NCBI GenBank assembly: GCA_041648395.1
Contig: JBAZPC010000003.1
Location: 12,801-76,800, forward strand
Source: Minisyncoccota bacterium
GTDB taxonomy: Bacteria; Patescibacteriota; Minisyncoccia; UBA9983
Reading direction: 5' to 3'
DNA: 64,000 bases
A model generated the notes under the pieces. That model searched no databases. It worked only from the letters and a program-made list of their open reading frames with translations, and was not told the origin of the DNA. Position numbers and translations under genes: made by a program. This document shows positions 38,638 to 48,984 of the stretch, one piece after another. Each line of letters starts with the position of its first letter. The stretch's first letter is position 1.

Positions 38638-39005
38638 ACATAAATATAAAAGCGACAAACATGGAGCTCACGTCGGCCATCAGAGATTTTACGGAGAAAA
38701 AAATCAGCGGACTGGGAAAATTTATCGGTCGCGATGACGACGCAATCAAAGTATTTGTGGAAGTGGGGATAACCACACGCCATCATCATTCTGGAAACAT
38801 TTTCCGCGCCGAGATTCAAATTACCGCTCCGCATATAGAGAAAGGAGTAAGAACAGAGGCGGTTGATGACGATTTGTACACGGCCATTGAAAAGGCGAAA
38901 GACGAGATGAAATTAGAGCTCACGAAAATTAAAGACAGGAAAATTTCTTTGATAAGAAGGGGAGTGAGGGCGTTTAGAAAATTCATTCCGTTTTTAGGAG
39001 AGTGA
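38634..39005 (+). CDS. hpf: ribosome hibernation factor (HPF/RaiA)
   Basis: MNINIKATNMELTSAIRD...DLYTAI. Confidence 0.85.
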   Translation: MNINIKATNMELTSAIRDFTEKKISGLGKFIGRDDDAIKVFVEVGITTRHHHSGNIFRAEIQITAPHIEKGVRTEAVDDDLYTAIEKAKDEMKLELTKIKDRKISLIRRGVRAFRKFIPFLGE

Positions 39006-39011
39006 ACTAAA

Positions 39012-39626
39012 ATGAAAAACTTGATAAAAGAATTAATTTCTTCCGGGTATCTCAAGACGTCGCGGCTTATTGAGGCGTTTCAAAAAATAGACAGAAAGGA
39101 CTTTGTGCCGGAAAAAATAAAAGATGAGGCCTACATGAATTCCGCTTTGCTTATCGGCCACGGCCAAACGATTTCCCAGCCGTTGACTGTCGCTTTCATG
39201 CTGGAGTTATTGCAGCCGGAAGAGGGGAATAAAATTATGGAAATCGGCTCCGGTTCGGGATGGCAGACGGCGTTGCTGGCTTCGGCGGTGGGGGATAAAG
39301 GCAAAGTGCTTGCCATAGAACTTATTCCCGAATTGTGCGCTTTTGGAAAGAAAAATGTTTTAAAATACGATTTTATTAAAAAGGGTGTCGTTAAATTTTT
39401 CTGTTTCAATGCCGCAAAAGGCCTGCCGGAAGAAGCGCCTTTTGACAGAATAATTTCCGCCGCCTCGGCGGAAGAAATTCCCAAGGCGTGGAAAGAGCAG
39501 TTAAAAATAGGCGGAAGAATGGTTTTGCCGATAAAAGACGCTGTGTATTTGCTTATCAAAAAAAGCGAAGATAAATTTGAAGAACAAGTTTTCCCTGGTT
39601 TCGCTTTCGTGCCGTTTGTAGTATAA
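39012..39626 (+). CDS. pcm: protein-L-isoaspartate O-methyltransferase
   Basis: GQTISQP, EIGSGSGW, APFDRI, FVP. Confidence 0.92.
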   Translation: MKNLIKELISSGYLKTSRLIEAFQKIDRKDFVPEKIKDEAYMNSALLIGHGQTISQPLTVAFMLELLQPEEGNKIMEIGSGSGWQTALLASAVGDKGKVLAIELIPELCAFGKKNVLKYDFIKKGVVKFFCFNAAKGLPEEAPFDRIISAASAEEIPKAWKEQLKIGGRMVLPIKDAVYLLIKKSEDKFEEQVFPGFAFVPFVV

Positions 39627-39674
39627 TAAAATTATATTATCAGAATAATATTATTAATAATTTAGTATAAATAT

Positions 39675-39929
39675 ATGCAAGACAACAAAAAAGTGATTTT
39701 GATAGCCGTGGTCGCAATAATTTTAGGGCTGGCGGGCGGATATTACGCCGGCAATTTGCAAGGCAATAAAGCGGGAATTGCTTCCGGCCGCCAGCAGGTT
39801 CTAGACGAGCAAAAGAAGGTGCAGGAGGAGGCGCTGAAAGCGGCGCAGAAAGCCGCCAATCCGTTTTCCGACGTGACGGAAAAAGCGAATCCGTTCAAAG
39901 ACGTTTATACGAATCCTTTCGCGCAATAA
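39675..39929 (+). CDS. small membrane-anchored hypothetical protein
   Basis: N-terminal TM, repeated NPF motifs. Confidence 0.65.
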   Translation: MQDNKKVILIAVVAIILGLAGGYYAGNLQGNKAGIASGRQQVLDEQKKVQEEALKAAQKAANPFSDVTEKANPFKDVYTNPFAQ

Positions 39930-39933
39930 AAAT

Positions 39934-41550
39934 ATGGCAAGCAAAAAATTTGCAAGCAAAAAAATATTTTTGAATGTTGCCGCTATAATTTTTTCTTTGG
40001 GAATCATCAGTGTCGCCAATGCGGTGAACCCTTTTGATATTTCCTATCCCGTGGCGGAACTGGGAAATTGTGGTTCACAGGAAGAGTGTAAGTCGTTTTG
40101 TGACAATCCCGACAATCAGGTCGCGTGCGTTGAATGGGCGCAAGGCAAGGGCTTTGTGACGGAGGGAGAAGTTAAGCGGGTCAAGGACATGAGGAGATTT
40201 GATGATGGAGCAGCGCCGATAGAGGACTTCGGCCCTAATGGGTGCAAAACCCCGCAGGAATGTGACGCGTTCTGTAAGGTTTTAGAAAACTTAAACGAGT
40301 GTTTGAGTTATAGTGTTTCTCATGGGTATATGCCTCAAGAAGAGGCGGACAAGATATTGGCAAAAGTAAACAAAGGAGGCCCCGGCGGATGCAAGGGTCC
40401 GCAGGAATGCGATACATTTTGCCGCAATCCGGAAAATATTGAGACATGTATGAACTTTGCCGTTGAGGATGGGAAAATCAGCAAAGAAGAAGCGGACTTT
40501 ATAATAACCCAGACGAAAGAATTCGGCGCCGGACATGGAAGAAAAGGGGGGGCAGGAAAATCAGGCCAACAACGCGGACCGGCGGAACCGAAAATTGACG
40601 AGCAAAAAGCGCTAAAGGTCTTAGAAGAAAAAGGCGGAGGACCGGGCGGGTGCAAATCAATGGAGGAATGCGGAAATTATTGCGGCACTCCGGAACACGG
40701 AGAAGAGTGCATGAACTTTGCCGTTGAGAACGGATTCATGCCTCCGGAGGAAATGGAAAAAGCAAAAAAAATGATGACGATGGCAGGTCCCGGCGGATGC
40801 AAAGGTCCGCAGGAATGCGACGCATATTGCAGCCAGGAAGGCCATGGCGAAGAGTGTATGAATTTTTCTCTGCAAAACGGATTAGTATCGCCTGAAGAAG
40901 GGGAGAAAATGAAGAGAGAAATGGAAATTGTCAAAAAGCTTCAAGGGGGAGGAATGTCCGGCCCGGGCGGGTGCAAGGGTCCGCAGGAATGCCAGGCTTA
41001 TTGTTCGGACCAATCTCACATGGAGGAGTGCATGAGTTTTGCCACTCAAAACGGAATGATGAACAGAGGCGATGCTAATATGAGAATGCAACAAGTGCAA
41101 GACGCGCAATCAATGATACAAATGGGAGAACAAAGCAGACAAAGATTCATGATGCCTCCTCAAGGGGGCCTGCCCGATGGCAAGGCGGGCGAAATGGGTC
41201 CGCCTCCCGAAGGATTTCGGGGATTTATGTCGCCACCGCCTGGCAGTATGCAACCACCGCCACAAGGAGGAATGCTGCCTCCGGAAGGATACCAAATGCC
41301 GCCTCAGGGAATAATGCCACCAACGACAGGAGGAGGTTTTGTTCCGCCTGGGGGATTTATACCGCCGCCATATGGCAGTATGCAGCCGCCACCGGGAATG
41401 ATGCAGCCAGCGAATATGATGCCACCGGAAGGAATGATACAGCCACCGCCGACAAATATGATACCTCCTCCGCCATCAGAACTGATGCCGTCTACTAATT
41501 TACCTGGGCTTATTCTTAAGCCGTTTCTGGATATTTTTAGGGCTTGGTAG
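39934..41550 (+). CDS. secreted Cys-rich repeat protein with Pro/Met-rich tail
   Basis: Signal peptide; about 6 repeats GPGGCKGPQECxxYC...ECMNF. Confidence 0.8.
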   Translation: MASKKFASKKIFLNVAAIIFSLGIISVANAVNPFDISYPVAELGNCGSQEECKSFCDNPDNQVACVEWAQGKGFVTEGEVKRVKDMRRFDDGAAPIEDFGPNGCKTPQECDAFCKVLENLNECLSYSVSHGYMPQEEADKILAKVNKGGPGGCKGPQECDTFCRNPENIETCMNFAVEDGKISKEEADFIITQTKEFGAGHGRKGGAGKSGQQRGPAEPKIDEQKALKVLEEKGGGPGGCKSMEECGNYCGTPEHGEECMNFAVENGFMPPEEMEKAKKMMTMAGPGGCKGPQECDAYCSQEGHGEECMNFSLQNGLVSPEEGEKMKREMEIVKKLQGGGMSGPGGCKGPQECQAYCSDQSHMEECMSFATQNGMMNRGDANMRMQQVQDAQSMIQMGEQSRQRFMMPPQGGLPDGKAGEMGPPPEGFRGFMSPPPGSMQPPPQGGMLPPEGYQMPPQGIMPPTTGGGFVPPGGFIPPPYGSMQPPPGMMQPANMMPPEGMIQPPPTNMIPPPPSELMPSTNLPGLILKPFLDIFRAW

Positions 41551-42442
41551 ATCTATTACCCCTCAAAAAATCTTCATAAAGCATTTCGTTTTTGCCTTCC
41601 GGTTTGACGCGTTTGATGGCGAGTTTACCGTCTTCTATTTCTACTTCGGTTATTATGATTCTTTTGCCGTGCCCGCCATCGCTACGCTCAGGCGTTGCGG
41701 GCGGGTTGTTTAGAAAAAAATAAGTCCCAGGCCATGGAGTTAGAGCGCGGACTTTGCGCGCGATGTTTTCCGCCGGCTCGTTCAAATTTATTAAGCTGTC
41801 TTCTTTTGTTATTTTTTTGGTGAAAGTCGCTTGGCTATGATCTTGCTCTTGCGTCTTTATTTTTCCTTCAATCCAATCGGGAATAACTTTCACAAGCAGC
41901 TCACCACCTAACTCCGCCAGTTTTTCTTCCAACTCTTTGTGATATAACTTGGAACTTAGAGCTTGGAGCTTGGAGCTTGCGACAATGTCGCCGTGGTCAA
42001 CTTCCTCGTCTATTTTTATTATCGTCACCCCCGTTTCTTCTTCATCGCTCAAAATAAATGACTGGATAGGCGAGGGACCGCGGAATTTCGGCAGAAGAGA
42101 AGGATGGACATTAAGCGCGCCGTATTTCGGAATGTTTAAAATTTCAAGAGGAATAATTTTGCCGTAATCGGCGACAATGAATAGGTCTGGCTTGAATCTT
42201 GAAACTTGAATCATGAAACTCGAATCTAGTTTATCTGGCTGGTCTAATTTTATGTTCCATGTTTTATGTTCCATGTTCCATAACTTTACCGGTGACGGCT
42301 GGAGTTCCATTTTTCTGCCTTTTGGCTTGTCGGGCGTGGTGACAACCAATTCCGGTACAAAGCCGTTCTGGCATAAAACTTCCAAAACCTTCGCGGCAAA
42401 ATCCCCGGTGCCAAAAAAAACGAATTTAACGCCGTTTTTCAT
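41537..42442 (-). CDS. fmt: methionyl-tRNA formyltransferase
   Basis: FFGT, NVHPSLLPKFRGPSPI, GVTI, RALTPWPG. Confidence 0.95.
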   Translation of the reverse strand: MKNGVKFVFFGTGDFAAKVLEVLCQNGFVPELVVTTPDKPKGRKMELQPSPVKLWNMEHKTWNIKLDQPDKLDSSFMIQVSRFKPDLFIVADYGKIIPLEILNIPKYGALNVHPSLLPKFRGPSPIQSFILSDEEETGVTIIKIDEEVDHGDIVASSKLQALSSKLYHKELEEKLAELGGELLVKVIPDWIEGKIKTQEQDHSQATFTKKITKEDSLINLNEPAENIARKVRALTPWPGTYFFLNNPPATPERSDGGHGKRIIITEVEIEDGKLAIKRVKPEGKNEMLYEDFLRGNRSTKP

Positions 42443-42504
42443 ATTTTTAGTATTATAAAATTTTATCAGCTTTCTTTCCTAGTGGCAAATTTTAGCAAAA
42501 AAAT

Positions 42505-42534
42505 AAAAGAGGCTAGGTAGTCCAAGCCTCTTTT
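42505..42534 (-). terminator. intrinsic terminator
   Basis: AAAAGAGGCT/AGCCTCTTTT. Confidence 0.65.
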
Positions 42535-42546
42535 ACAGACCTCCTT

Positions 42547-42900
42547 TTAATTTAATGATAAGAAAGTTTTTATGGGCCCGTAATCTCCTATATGCCCACT
42601 ATAGCCCTTATTGTCTCTAATTGTATCTAAACCGTTTCTGCTATCAACCTTTTGCCAATCGTTGTTTTCATAAAATTCTCTTGGAAGTTTCATTTTTGGT
42701 GCTTCTAACCAGGCAGTATATACATTTAGAGACTCGTGATAAGACACCTCAATAATCTCAAGTTCTTCTACCATGCACTCCAAATTCATCTTCATTCCCG
42801 CATAGACAATTGGCAGTTCTATTAATTTTCTACACAATGAATAATCGTTTTTTCTATCATCTTTTTCATTATCTGGACGAAAAATTACAATAACCCTCAT
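42547..42900 (-). CDS. orphan protein
   Basis: SD GGAGGT 7 nt before ATG 42900; upstream TTGACT-17-TACACT. Confidence 0.65.
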   Translation of the reverse strand: MRVIVIFRPDNEKDDRKNDYSLCRKLIELPIVYAGMKMNLECMVEELEIIEVSYHESLNVYTAWLEAPKMKLPREFYENNDWQKVDSRNGLDTIRDNKGYSGHIGDYGPIKTFLSLN

Positions 42901-43075
42901 TTTATTCACCTCCCCCTCATCATTTATTTTTAAGATGCGAAAATCGCACTTTACTTTCTATAAAATAGTGTAGCAAATTACGCAACAAAAGTCAATATCA
43001 AGCAATATTATAATTGGACAAAATTCTGCTATCGCCGAAAAGTGTCCAAGTGCCAAAAAATAAATACTTTCTACT

Positions 43076-43624
43076 TTATACTTTATACTTCTCTAGAATT
43101 TCCGCTTTGTCTGTAAATATAATTCCATTTAGGTGGTCTGTTTCGTGCTGGATTATTTGCGCCAAGAGACCGGAGGCGCCACGGGTGAATTTTTTGCCGT
43201 TTTCATCATATGCTTCCACGGACAATTTATCCGCGCGTTTTACCGTGCCAAACATTCCCTCCACACTCAAACATCCTTCGCCGACAACCTGTTTCTTTTT
43301 TGATATTTTTTTAATAACGGGATTTATAAAAACCCACGGGTCGGTTTTCTCTTTCTTTTTTTGTCTCTGACGTCCGACATCGGGGCTATCAGGACTCGAT
43401 GTCGGACGTCGAGGGATGAGGGCGTTCTTATCTATAATAAAAAGGCGGACAGATTCGCCGATTTGCGGCGCCGCCAAGGCCACGCCGTTTTCCGCGAGAG
43501 ACAAAACGTCGGACATCTTCTTAATCAAGTCCTTTATTTTTTTCTCTTTAATATCCTTCACCGGCACTTCCTTCGCAATTTGCCGAAGAACCTTATTTCC
43601 TTTTTGTACGATTTTTGCAATCAT
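43076..43624 (-). CDS. def: peptide deformylase
   Basis: GVALAAPQIG, EGCLS, QHETDHLNG. Confidence 0.96.
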   Translation of the reverse strand: MIAKIVQKGNKVLRQIAKEVPVKDIKEKKIKDLIKKMSDVLSLAENGVALAAPQIGESVRLFIIDKNALIPRRPTSSPDSPDVGRQRQKKKEKTDPWVFINPVIKKISKKKQVVGEGCLSVEGMFGTVKRADKLSVEAYDENGKKFTRGASGLLAQIIQHETDHLNGIIFTDKAEILEKYKV

Positions 43625-43634
43625 GTTTTGTAAA

Positions 43635-45494
43635 TTATAGCAAACTTTCGGGGTCTATGTTTATTTTCCACGCCGGAGACAAGGAAGAAAGAATTTCCCG
43701 CAGTTCTTTTTGCCCGGCGGGCCAGGTGCCCTGCTCCACTTTCAATAAAATATTCCAGATGTATTTATTTTTTATTTTTGGCGTAAAAGAGGAATAACTT
43801 ATCGGCTTCCATTTGGCAAGCCGTTTTTCCAATTCATCTATGTCTTTTTTAAGCTTGGGCTTATTTTTATTTTCTCCCGTAATTTTAATGAGCAAGGAGA
43901 ACGGCGGGTAATCGGATTCCTTTCTAGACTCTATTTCCGCTCTGTAAAACCCCGAAACATTTCCCTTTATTGCCTCTTCAAACACTTTTTGCTCCGGCAT
44001 TTTTGTTTGTATGTAAAATTTTTTCTTTGCCAGCAATTTCAGTTTTATGAGAAGCTGAAAAATTTTTTCATTTATTTTGAAATCAGGCAAGGTGAAAAGG
44101 GGATCAATGGAGGCGACGGCAACAACATCAACCAGCTTGTCCGCCAGCTGGCGGAGATAAGAAAACATTATTTCCGTTCCTATTAAAATTGCCCCGGGTG
44201 TTGCCAAAAAACTATCCGCTATTTCTCTACCTTGTTTTTCCGTTTTTATGGCGTCGCTGTCCATTATAAATATCTTTGCTTGCGGGAATGATTTCTTTAT
44301 TTCCTCGGCTGTTTTTCTTATACCTGCGCCATATTCTTCAAGTTTCCAGCTTTGGCAGGAAGGACATTTTTCAGGTGTAATAGTTTCTTTCAGGCATTTA
44401 TGGCAAAGCCACACTCCGCCAGCTGGCGGATTTCCTTCTTTTTTATGAAGGACAAGCGGCGATTCGCATTTTTCGCATAAAACAGGACGGGAACAGTCTT
44501 TGCACACCGTGATGGGCGAATACCCCCGCCGGTTGGAGAATAAAATTATTTTTTCTTTTTTTTCTACGGCCTCGCCGATTTTCTTTTTCAATTCGTCTTC
44601 GCCGATTACCGCCTGCTCAATTTCCGAAAAAATTCTCCGACCGGCCGTGAAGTTATTTCTATGGCAAGTTTCCGCTCTCAAAACGACATCTCCGAAAATA
44701 AGGCGAACCCCTCTTTTTTGAGCGATGAATTCCGCCACTTTTCTCACGTCAATGTACGGTCTAGTTTGAAGCTTGTAAAAAGGCGAGCTTTCTTTGTCTA
44801 TTATCAAAGTACCGATGTCTTCTCTAGGTAAAGAAAGAAACGACCTAGTGGTGGCTATAAGAAGCGGATGTTCTTCTTTTAAGGCGAAAGACCATAACTC
44901 TTTTATTTTTTTCTTTTTTAATCCGAAGTGCATTACTATGGCGTACCTTTCTATACCCTTTTGCAGTTCAGGAAAAATATTTTCCATATCGGCCGCCGTC
45001 GGCAGGCAGAGAAAAATGGAACGATTCCTAGCAAATTCTTCACGGGTGATTCTTTTGTAATATTGGATTCTTTCTTCTCTGTCTCCCTGAAAAAGAACGG
45101 TCTCGTGATATTTATTCGCGCCGGCGTCTGATTCCGTTTGGCTAGAATTTGACGCCGCCGGGTCTTCCAAAATTATTTGAGGCACAAGATCTTTAATGAC
45201 TGACCCGACCGGCGCTAGAAAATAATTTGATATCCCCTTGCACGCTTCCATAAATTTCGGCAAAAGAAATTTTTCTGCCTTTACCGTTTTTATTGATTTG
45301 AGAGAAAAATCCGCCCGGCGCAAATCCGTTTTCGCCGTTCTCAATTCCTGCGAGGAGACGACTATGGCCGGAATTATTTTTTTGCGCACCGGCACTGTGA
45401 CCAAAGCGCCCGCTTCAATGTTTTTTGAAGTGAAATAAGAGAGGTTTTCCCTAAAAACTCCTTTAGTAATCGGCACGACACTTAGAATCCTCAT
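43635..45494 (-). CDS. priA: primosomal protein N' (degenerate helicase motifs)
   Basis: NRRGYSP followed by 4 CxxC, MDSD, YPPF; priA-def-fmt synteny. Confidence 0.88.
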   Translation of the reverse strand: MRILSVVPITKGVFRENLSYFTSKNIEAGALVTVPVRKKIIPAIVVSSQELRTAKTDLRRADFSLKSIKTVKAEKFLLPKFMEACKGISNYFLAPVGSVIKDLVPQIILEDPAASNSSQTESDAGANKYHETVLFQGDREERIQYYKRITREEFARNRSIFLCLPTAADMENIFPELQKGIERYAIVMHFGLKKKKIKELWSFALKEEHPLLIATTRSFLSLPREDIGTLIIDKESSPFYKLQTRPYIDVRKVAEFIAQKRGVRLIFGDVVLRAETCHRNNFTAGRRIFSEIEQAVIGEDELKKKIGEAVEKKEKIILFSNRRGYSPITVCKDCSRPVLCEKCESPLVLHKKEGNPPAGGVWLCHKCLKETITPEKCPSCQSWKLEEYGAGIRKTAEEIKKSFPQAKIFIMDSDAIKTEKQGREIADSFLATPGAILIGTEIMFSYLRQLADKLVDVVAVASIDPLFTLPDFKINEKIFQLLIKLKLLAKKKFYIQTKMPEQKVFEEAIKGNVSGFYRAEIESRKESDYPPFSLLIKITGENKNKPKLKKDIDELEKRLAKWKPISYSSFTPKIKNKYIWNILLKVEQGTWPAGQKELREILSSLSPAWKINIDPESLL

Positions 45495-45495
45495 T

Positions 45496-46329
45496 TTACG
45501 GAAGTTGTATCTTTATTAATGCGTCCTCGTCCAGAATGTAAATAGAAGAGCTGTTTTTGTAAGTAATGAATATCGGGTCTTTTCCTTTATAAATCGGCTG
45601 TTTGGATTGCCCGCCCCTCTTGTCTATTTCCATGGCGAAGATGCCGTTTTGATAGGCGACGATGATGGCGTCTTTTCTTCCCGGATAGAAGTCCGCGTTT
45701 TTTATCTGACTTGGTGATTTAAATACAAGATTTTTACTTGTCTCCAGATAATAAGGCCGGGAATTTTCATCTCCGTTCCACTCAACCCAGATTCCGTTTT
45801 CTTTCCGGTTCCACCACAACTTTTGGCGGTCTCGGCTCACCAACCTTTCAATGGTCGTCGTTGATGTTGAAGAAATTTTCTTCGTTCCTTTTATTATGTT
45901 GTAGATATCGTCGTATTCGGTTTTTTGGAGAGGAGAAAAATTTTCGCGTTTTACAATTTCTCCGTCAATTTCTTTCGGCAGAAGCAATGCGCGAGCCTCG
46001 GCCACCATCTGGCTTTTGACTTCCATTTTTTTTGACCACGGCCAATATCCGTCTTTGGCTATCAAAATTGAATAAGTGTTCGGGCGCAGGCCGGAAAGAT
46101 AGAGGCCGCTCTGAATGATATTCGTTTCTTTTTCCAGCTTGTCGTTGACGAAAATTTGCGCGCCGGAAACAGGCGAGGCGACATAAAGCCCGCCGGTTTT
46201 TTTAAGCGTCCAGTTTGAGCCAAGCCGGTAGCCGTTGGAATAAAGAAGAACAACCGGTGCCGCGGCTAAAAAGACCAAAACGCAGATTATCAAAGCCATT
46301 CTCCTTTTCCCGATAGTAAGTCCTCCCAT
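45496..46329 (-). CDS. PEGA-domain membrane protein
   Basis: GYRL...KTGGLYVAS, AKDGYWPW. Confidence 0.7.
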   Translation of the reverse strand: MGGLTIGKRRMALIICVLVFLAAAPVVLLYSNGYRLGSNWTLKKTGGLYVASPVSGAQIFVNDKLEKETNIIQSGLYLSGLRPNTYSILIAKDGYWPWSKKMEVKSQMVAEARALLLPKEIDGEIVKRENFSPLQKTEYDDIYNIIKGTKKISSTSTTTIERLVSRDRQKLWWNRKENGIWVEWNGDENSRPYYLETSKNLVFKSPSQIKNADFYPGRKDAIIVAYQNGIFAMEIDKRGGQSKQPIYKGKDPIFITYKNSSSIYILDEDALIKIQLP

Positions 46330-46377
46330 AATCCCTTAATTTTTGCAAAAAAACGGAAAAAAGTAAATAATAGCATT

Positions 46378-47700
46378 ATGCATAGTTATATTGTTGACGG
46401 CGGAAGGAGGTTGAAGGGGAGCGTGACGATTAACGCTTCCAAGAATTCGGCAACGGCGATTTTAATCGCCTCGCTTTTGAATGAAGGAAAAACGACCATC
46501 AAAAATCTTCCAAAGATAGAAGAGGTCTTTAGAATCATAGAAGTGCTGGAAAGCATCGGCGTAAAAACGGAATGGAAGGGCAGGGCGCTTGAAATCATTC
46601 CACCTAAAAATTTTTCTATAAATAAAATAAACGTGGAGGCGGCGCAGAAGACGCGGAGCGTCGTGCTTCTGATCGGCGCCTTGGCGCGCAAGCTGAAAAA
46701 ATTTTCCTTGCCCGACTCCGGCGGCTGCAAACTTGGCCGGCGCACCATAATGCCGCACATTTACGCTTTGGAGGACTTCGGTATAAAAATAAGCTCATCC
46801 TGCGACAAGCTGGACATAGACGCTTCAAAAATAAAACCGGCGAAAGAAATAATAATGTACGAATCAGGCGACACGGCCACGGAAAACGCCATCATGATTG
46901 CCTCCATAATTCCACAAAAGACGATTATTAAATTCGCTTCCGCGAATTACCAAGTGCAGGATTTGTGCTACTTTTTGAAAAAATTAGGAGTGAAGATAAA
47001 GGGGATTGGCGCGACTACATTGGAAATTATTGGCAGAAAAAAATTAAATCAAGACATTGAATATTATCTTACGGAAGATCCGGTGGAATCAATGCTTTTT
47101 ATTTCCGCGGCAATAGTGACAAAATCATCCATTATTCTTAAAAGATGTCCCATGGAGTTTTTGGAGCTGGAGCTTTTCAAGTTGAAAAAGATGGGATTTA
47201 AGTTTAAAATAACAAAGGAATACAAAGCGAGAAACGGCTTCAACCGGCTGGCGGACATAAAAACTTTTCCTTCCAAACTTGTCGCGCCGGTGGAAAAAAT
47301 TTACGGCCGTCCTTTTCCCGGAGTGAACATAGACAATCTGCCGTTCTTTGTACCCATTGCCACCCAGGCGAAAGGCGAGACGCTCATTCACGATTGGGTT
47401 TACGAAAATCGCGCGATTTATTACGCAGAACTGAATCGCTTGGGCGCGAACATAAGATTGGCTGACCCGCACCGCGTTTTCATAGAGGGGCCGACAAAAC
47501 TAAGAGCAGCGGAAATTACGTGTCCATTCGCTCTTCGTCCATCGGCGATAATTCTAGTGGCGATGCTCGCAGCCAAAGGAAGGTCAATACTAAAAAATAC
47601 TTATACTATTGAGAGAGGATATGAAGATTTGTGCGGAAGATTTAGAAAATTAGGAGCGATGGTTGAAAAAAAGAAAGCGAATATTGAATTTTTGGAGTAA
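46378..47700 (+). CDS. murA: UDP-N-acetylglucosamine enolpyruvyl transferase
   Basis: SKNSA, GGCKLGRR, YENR, IERGYE. Confidence 0.9.
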   Translation: MHSYIVDGGRRLKGSVTINASKNSATAILIASLLNEGKTTIKNLPKIEEVFRIIEVLESIGVKTEWKGRALEIIPPKNFSINKINVEAAQKTRSVVLLIGALARKLKKFSLPDSGGCKLGRRTIMPHIYALEDFGIKISSSCDKLDIDASKIKPAKEIIMYESGDTATENAIMIASIIPQKTIIKFASANYQVQDLCYFLKKLGVKIKGIGATTLEIIGRKKLNQDIEYYLTEDPVESMLFISAAIVTKSSIILKRCPMEFLELELFKLKKMGFKFKITKEYKARNGFNRLADIKTFPSKLVAPVEKIYGRPFPGVNIDNLPFFVPIATQAKGETLIHDWVYENRAIYYAELNRLGANIRLADPHRVFIEGPTKLRAAEITCPFALRPSAIILVAMLAAKGRSILKNTYTIERGYEDLCGRFRKLGAMVEKKKANIEFLE

Positions 47701-47764
47701 AAATGTTAAGGTGAAGATGGAAAGTAAGATTGAAAATTGAAAATTAAATAAGGAGGATTTAGAG

Positions 47765-48313
47765 ATGAAATTCATTACCCCGATTTTACACAAGGAACAA
47801 ACTGGTTTAGCTAAATTCTGCGACGATGTTACACAACTCTTCTTAAGATGGATGAACAACCCGGCAGTTTACAGGTTTTTAGGAGACAGAGAGATTACTT
47901 TTTATTCTATAAGAGATGCCCAAAACCATGTTATGGCCATAGAAAAGGAGTCGCTTTTAATAGTGGCTAAAGAAGAAGATGTATGGATACCTATTGGCTA
48001 CATCTGTCTAAATCTCAGACCAAGACACAAAATTGCGAACTTTACCATCGTAATTGGTGAAGAAAAATTTAGGGACAAAGGGCATGGCAAAACGGCAACG
48101 AGTTTAACACTGACTTATGCGTTTAAACAACTCGGATTGTTTGCTGTTCACCTTGTTGTTTCTAAAAACAATCAAAATGCGATAGCCGTGTATGAGAAAA
48201 CCGGTTTCAAGGTTTGCGGAATTAGACATGGAGCTAGAATGGAAGACGGCGAGAGAACTGACGAGATTTTGATGGAGTGTACCCAAGATATGTATTATAA
48301 TAGGAGGCGATGA
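47765..48313 (+). CDS. RimJ/RimL-type GNAT acetyltransferase
   Basis: FRDKGHG, NQNAIAVYEKTGF. Confidence 0.85.
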   Translation: MKFITPILHKEQTGLAKFCDDVTQLFLRWMNNPAVYRFLGDREITFYSIRDAQNHVMAIEKESLLIVAKEEDVWIPIGYICLNLRPRHKIANFTIVIGEEKFRDKGHGKTATSLTLTYAFKQLGLFAVHLVVSKNNQNAIAVYEKTGFKVCGIRHGARMEDGERTDEILMECTQDMYYNRRR

Positions 48314-48984
48314 GTATGATAAAGCCGATTGTAAACTATATTCTTTGGCTCATGGGAATAAGAAAAATCTTACCCCAAAAGTTTGTGAACAGAGTTGTTG
48401 TGGAAGAAAACAGGGAGGGTTTGGTGCAGGTATGCGAAACCGCGCGTCTCAAAATAAGCAAATACTACCCGGGAATTCCAAAACTTAGGAAGGAGGTTGT
48501 TAGGCGTCTCGCAACGGTTGCTGATAGTCTTCCGAACGAATATCTTATTATTTTGGCAGAGGGCTTCCGTTCATTGGAACGTCAAAAAGAACTGTGGAAT
48601 GAGCAGTATGCCAAGATAGAAGGGGAAAATCCTGAACTATCATCCTCGGAAATAGACAGAAGGACTCGACTTTTTGTCGCTAAACCAGTAAACGGATATG
48701 GTGGCCATCAGACTGGCGGCGCTGTTGACGTAACGCTTGGCGACAAAAACAGCAAAGAGTTATTTCTTGGCACGAAAATGCACGAGTGCTCGTCGAAGAC
48801 CGTAATCGACTCAAAAGGCATCAGTTCTGAAGCCAAAAATCTGAGAGCAATTCTTCTTGAAGCCATGCGCTCAGCCGGGTTCGTAAACTATCCTGGTGAG
48901 TGGTGGCATTTTTCCTACGGGGACAGATTATGGGCGGCATATAGTTGTTTCAAAAAATGCCAATACGGTCCAGTCAGGGAGTAA
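48310..48984 (+). CDS. D-Ala-D-Ala dipeptidase (VanX/DdpX, M15)
   Basis: EGFRS, HQTGGAVDVTL, EWWHF. Confidence 0.88.
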   Translation: MSMIKPIVNYILWLMGIRKILPQKFVNRVVVEENREGLVQVCETARLKISKYYPGIPKLRKEVVRRLATVADSLPNEYLIILAEGFRSLERQKELWNEQYAKIEGENPELSSSEIDRRTRLFVAKPVNGYGGHQTGGAVDVTLGDKNSKELFLGTKMHECSSKTVIDSKGISSEAKNLRAILLEAMRSAGFVNYPGEWWHFSYGDRLWAAYSCFKKCQYGPVRE

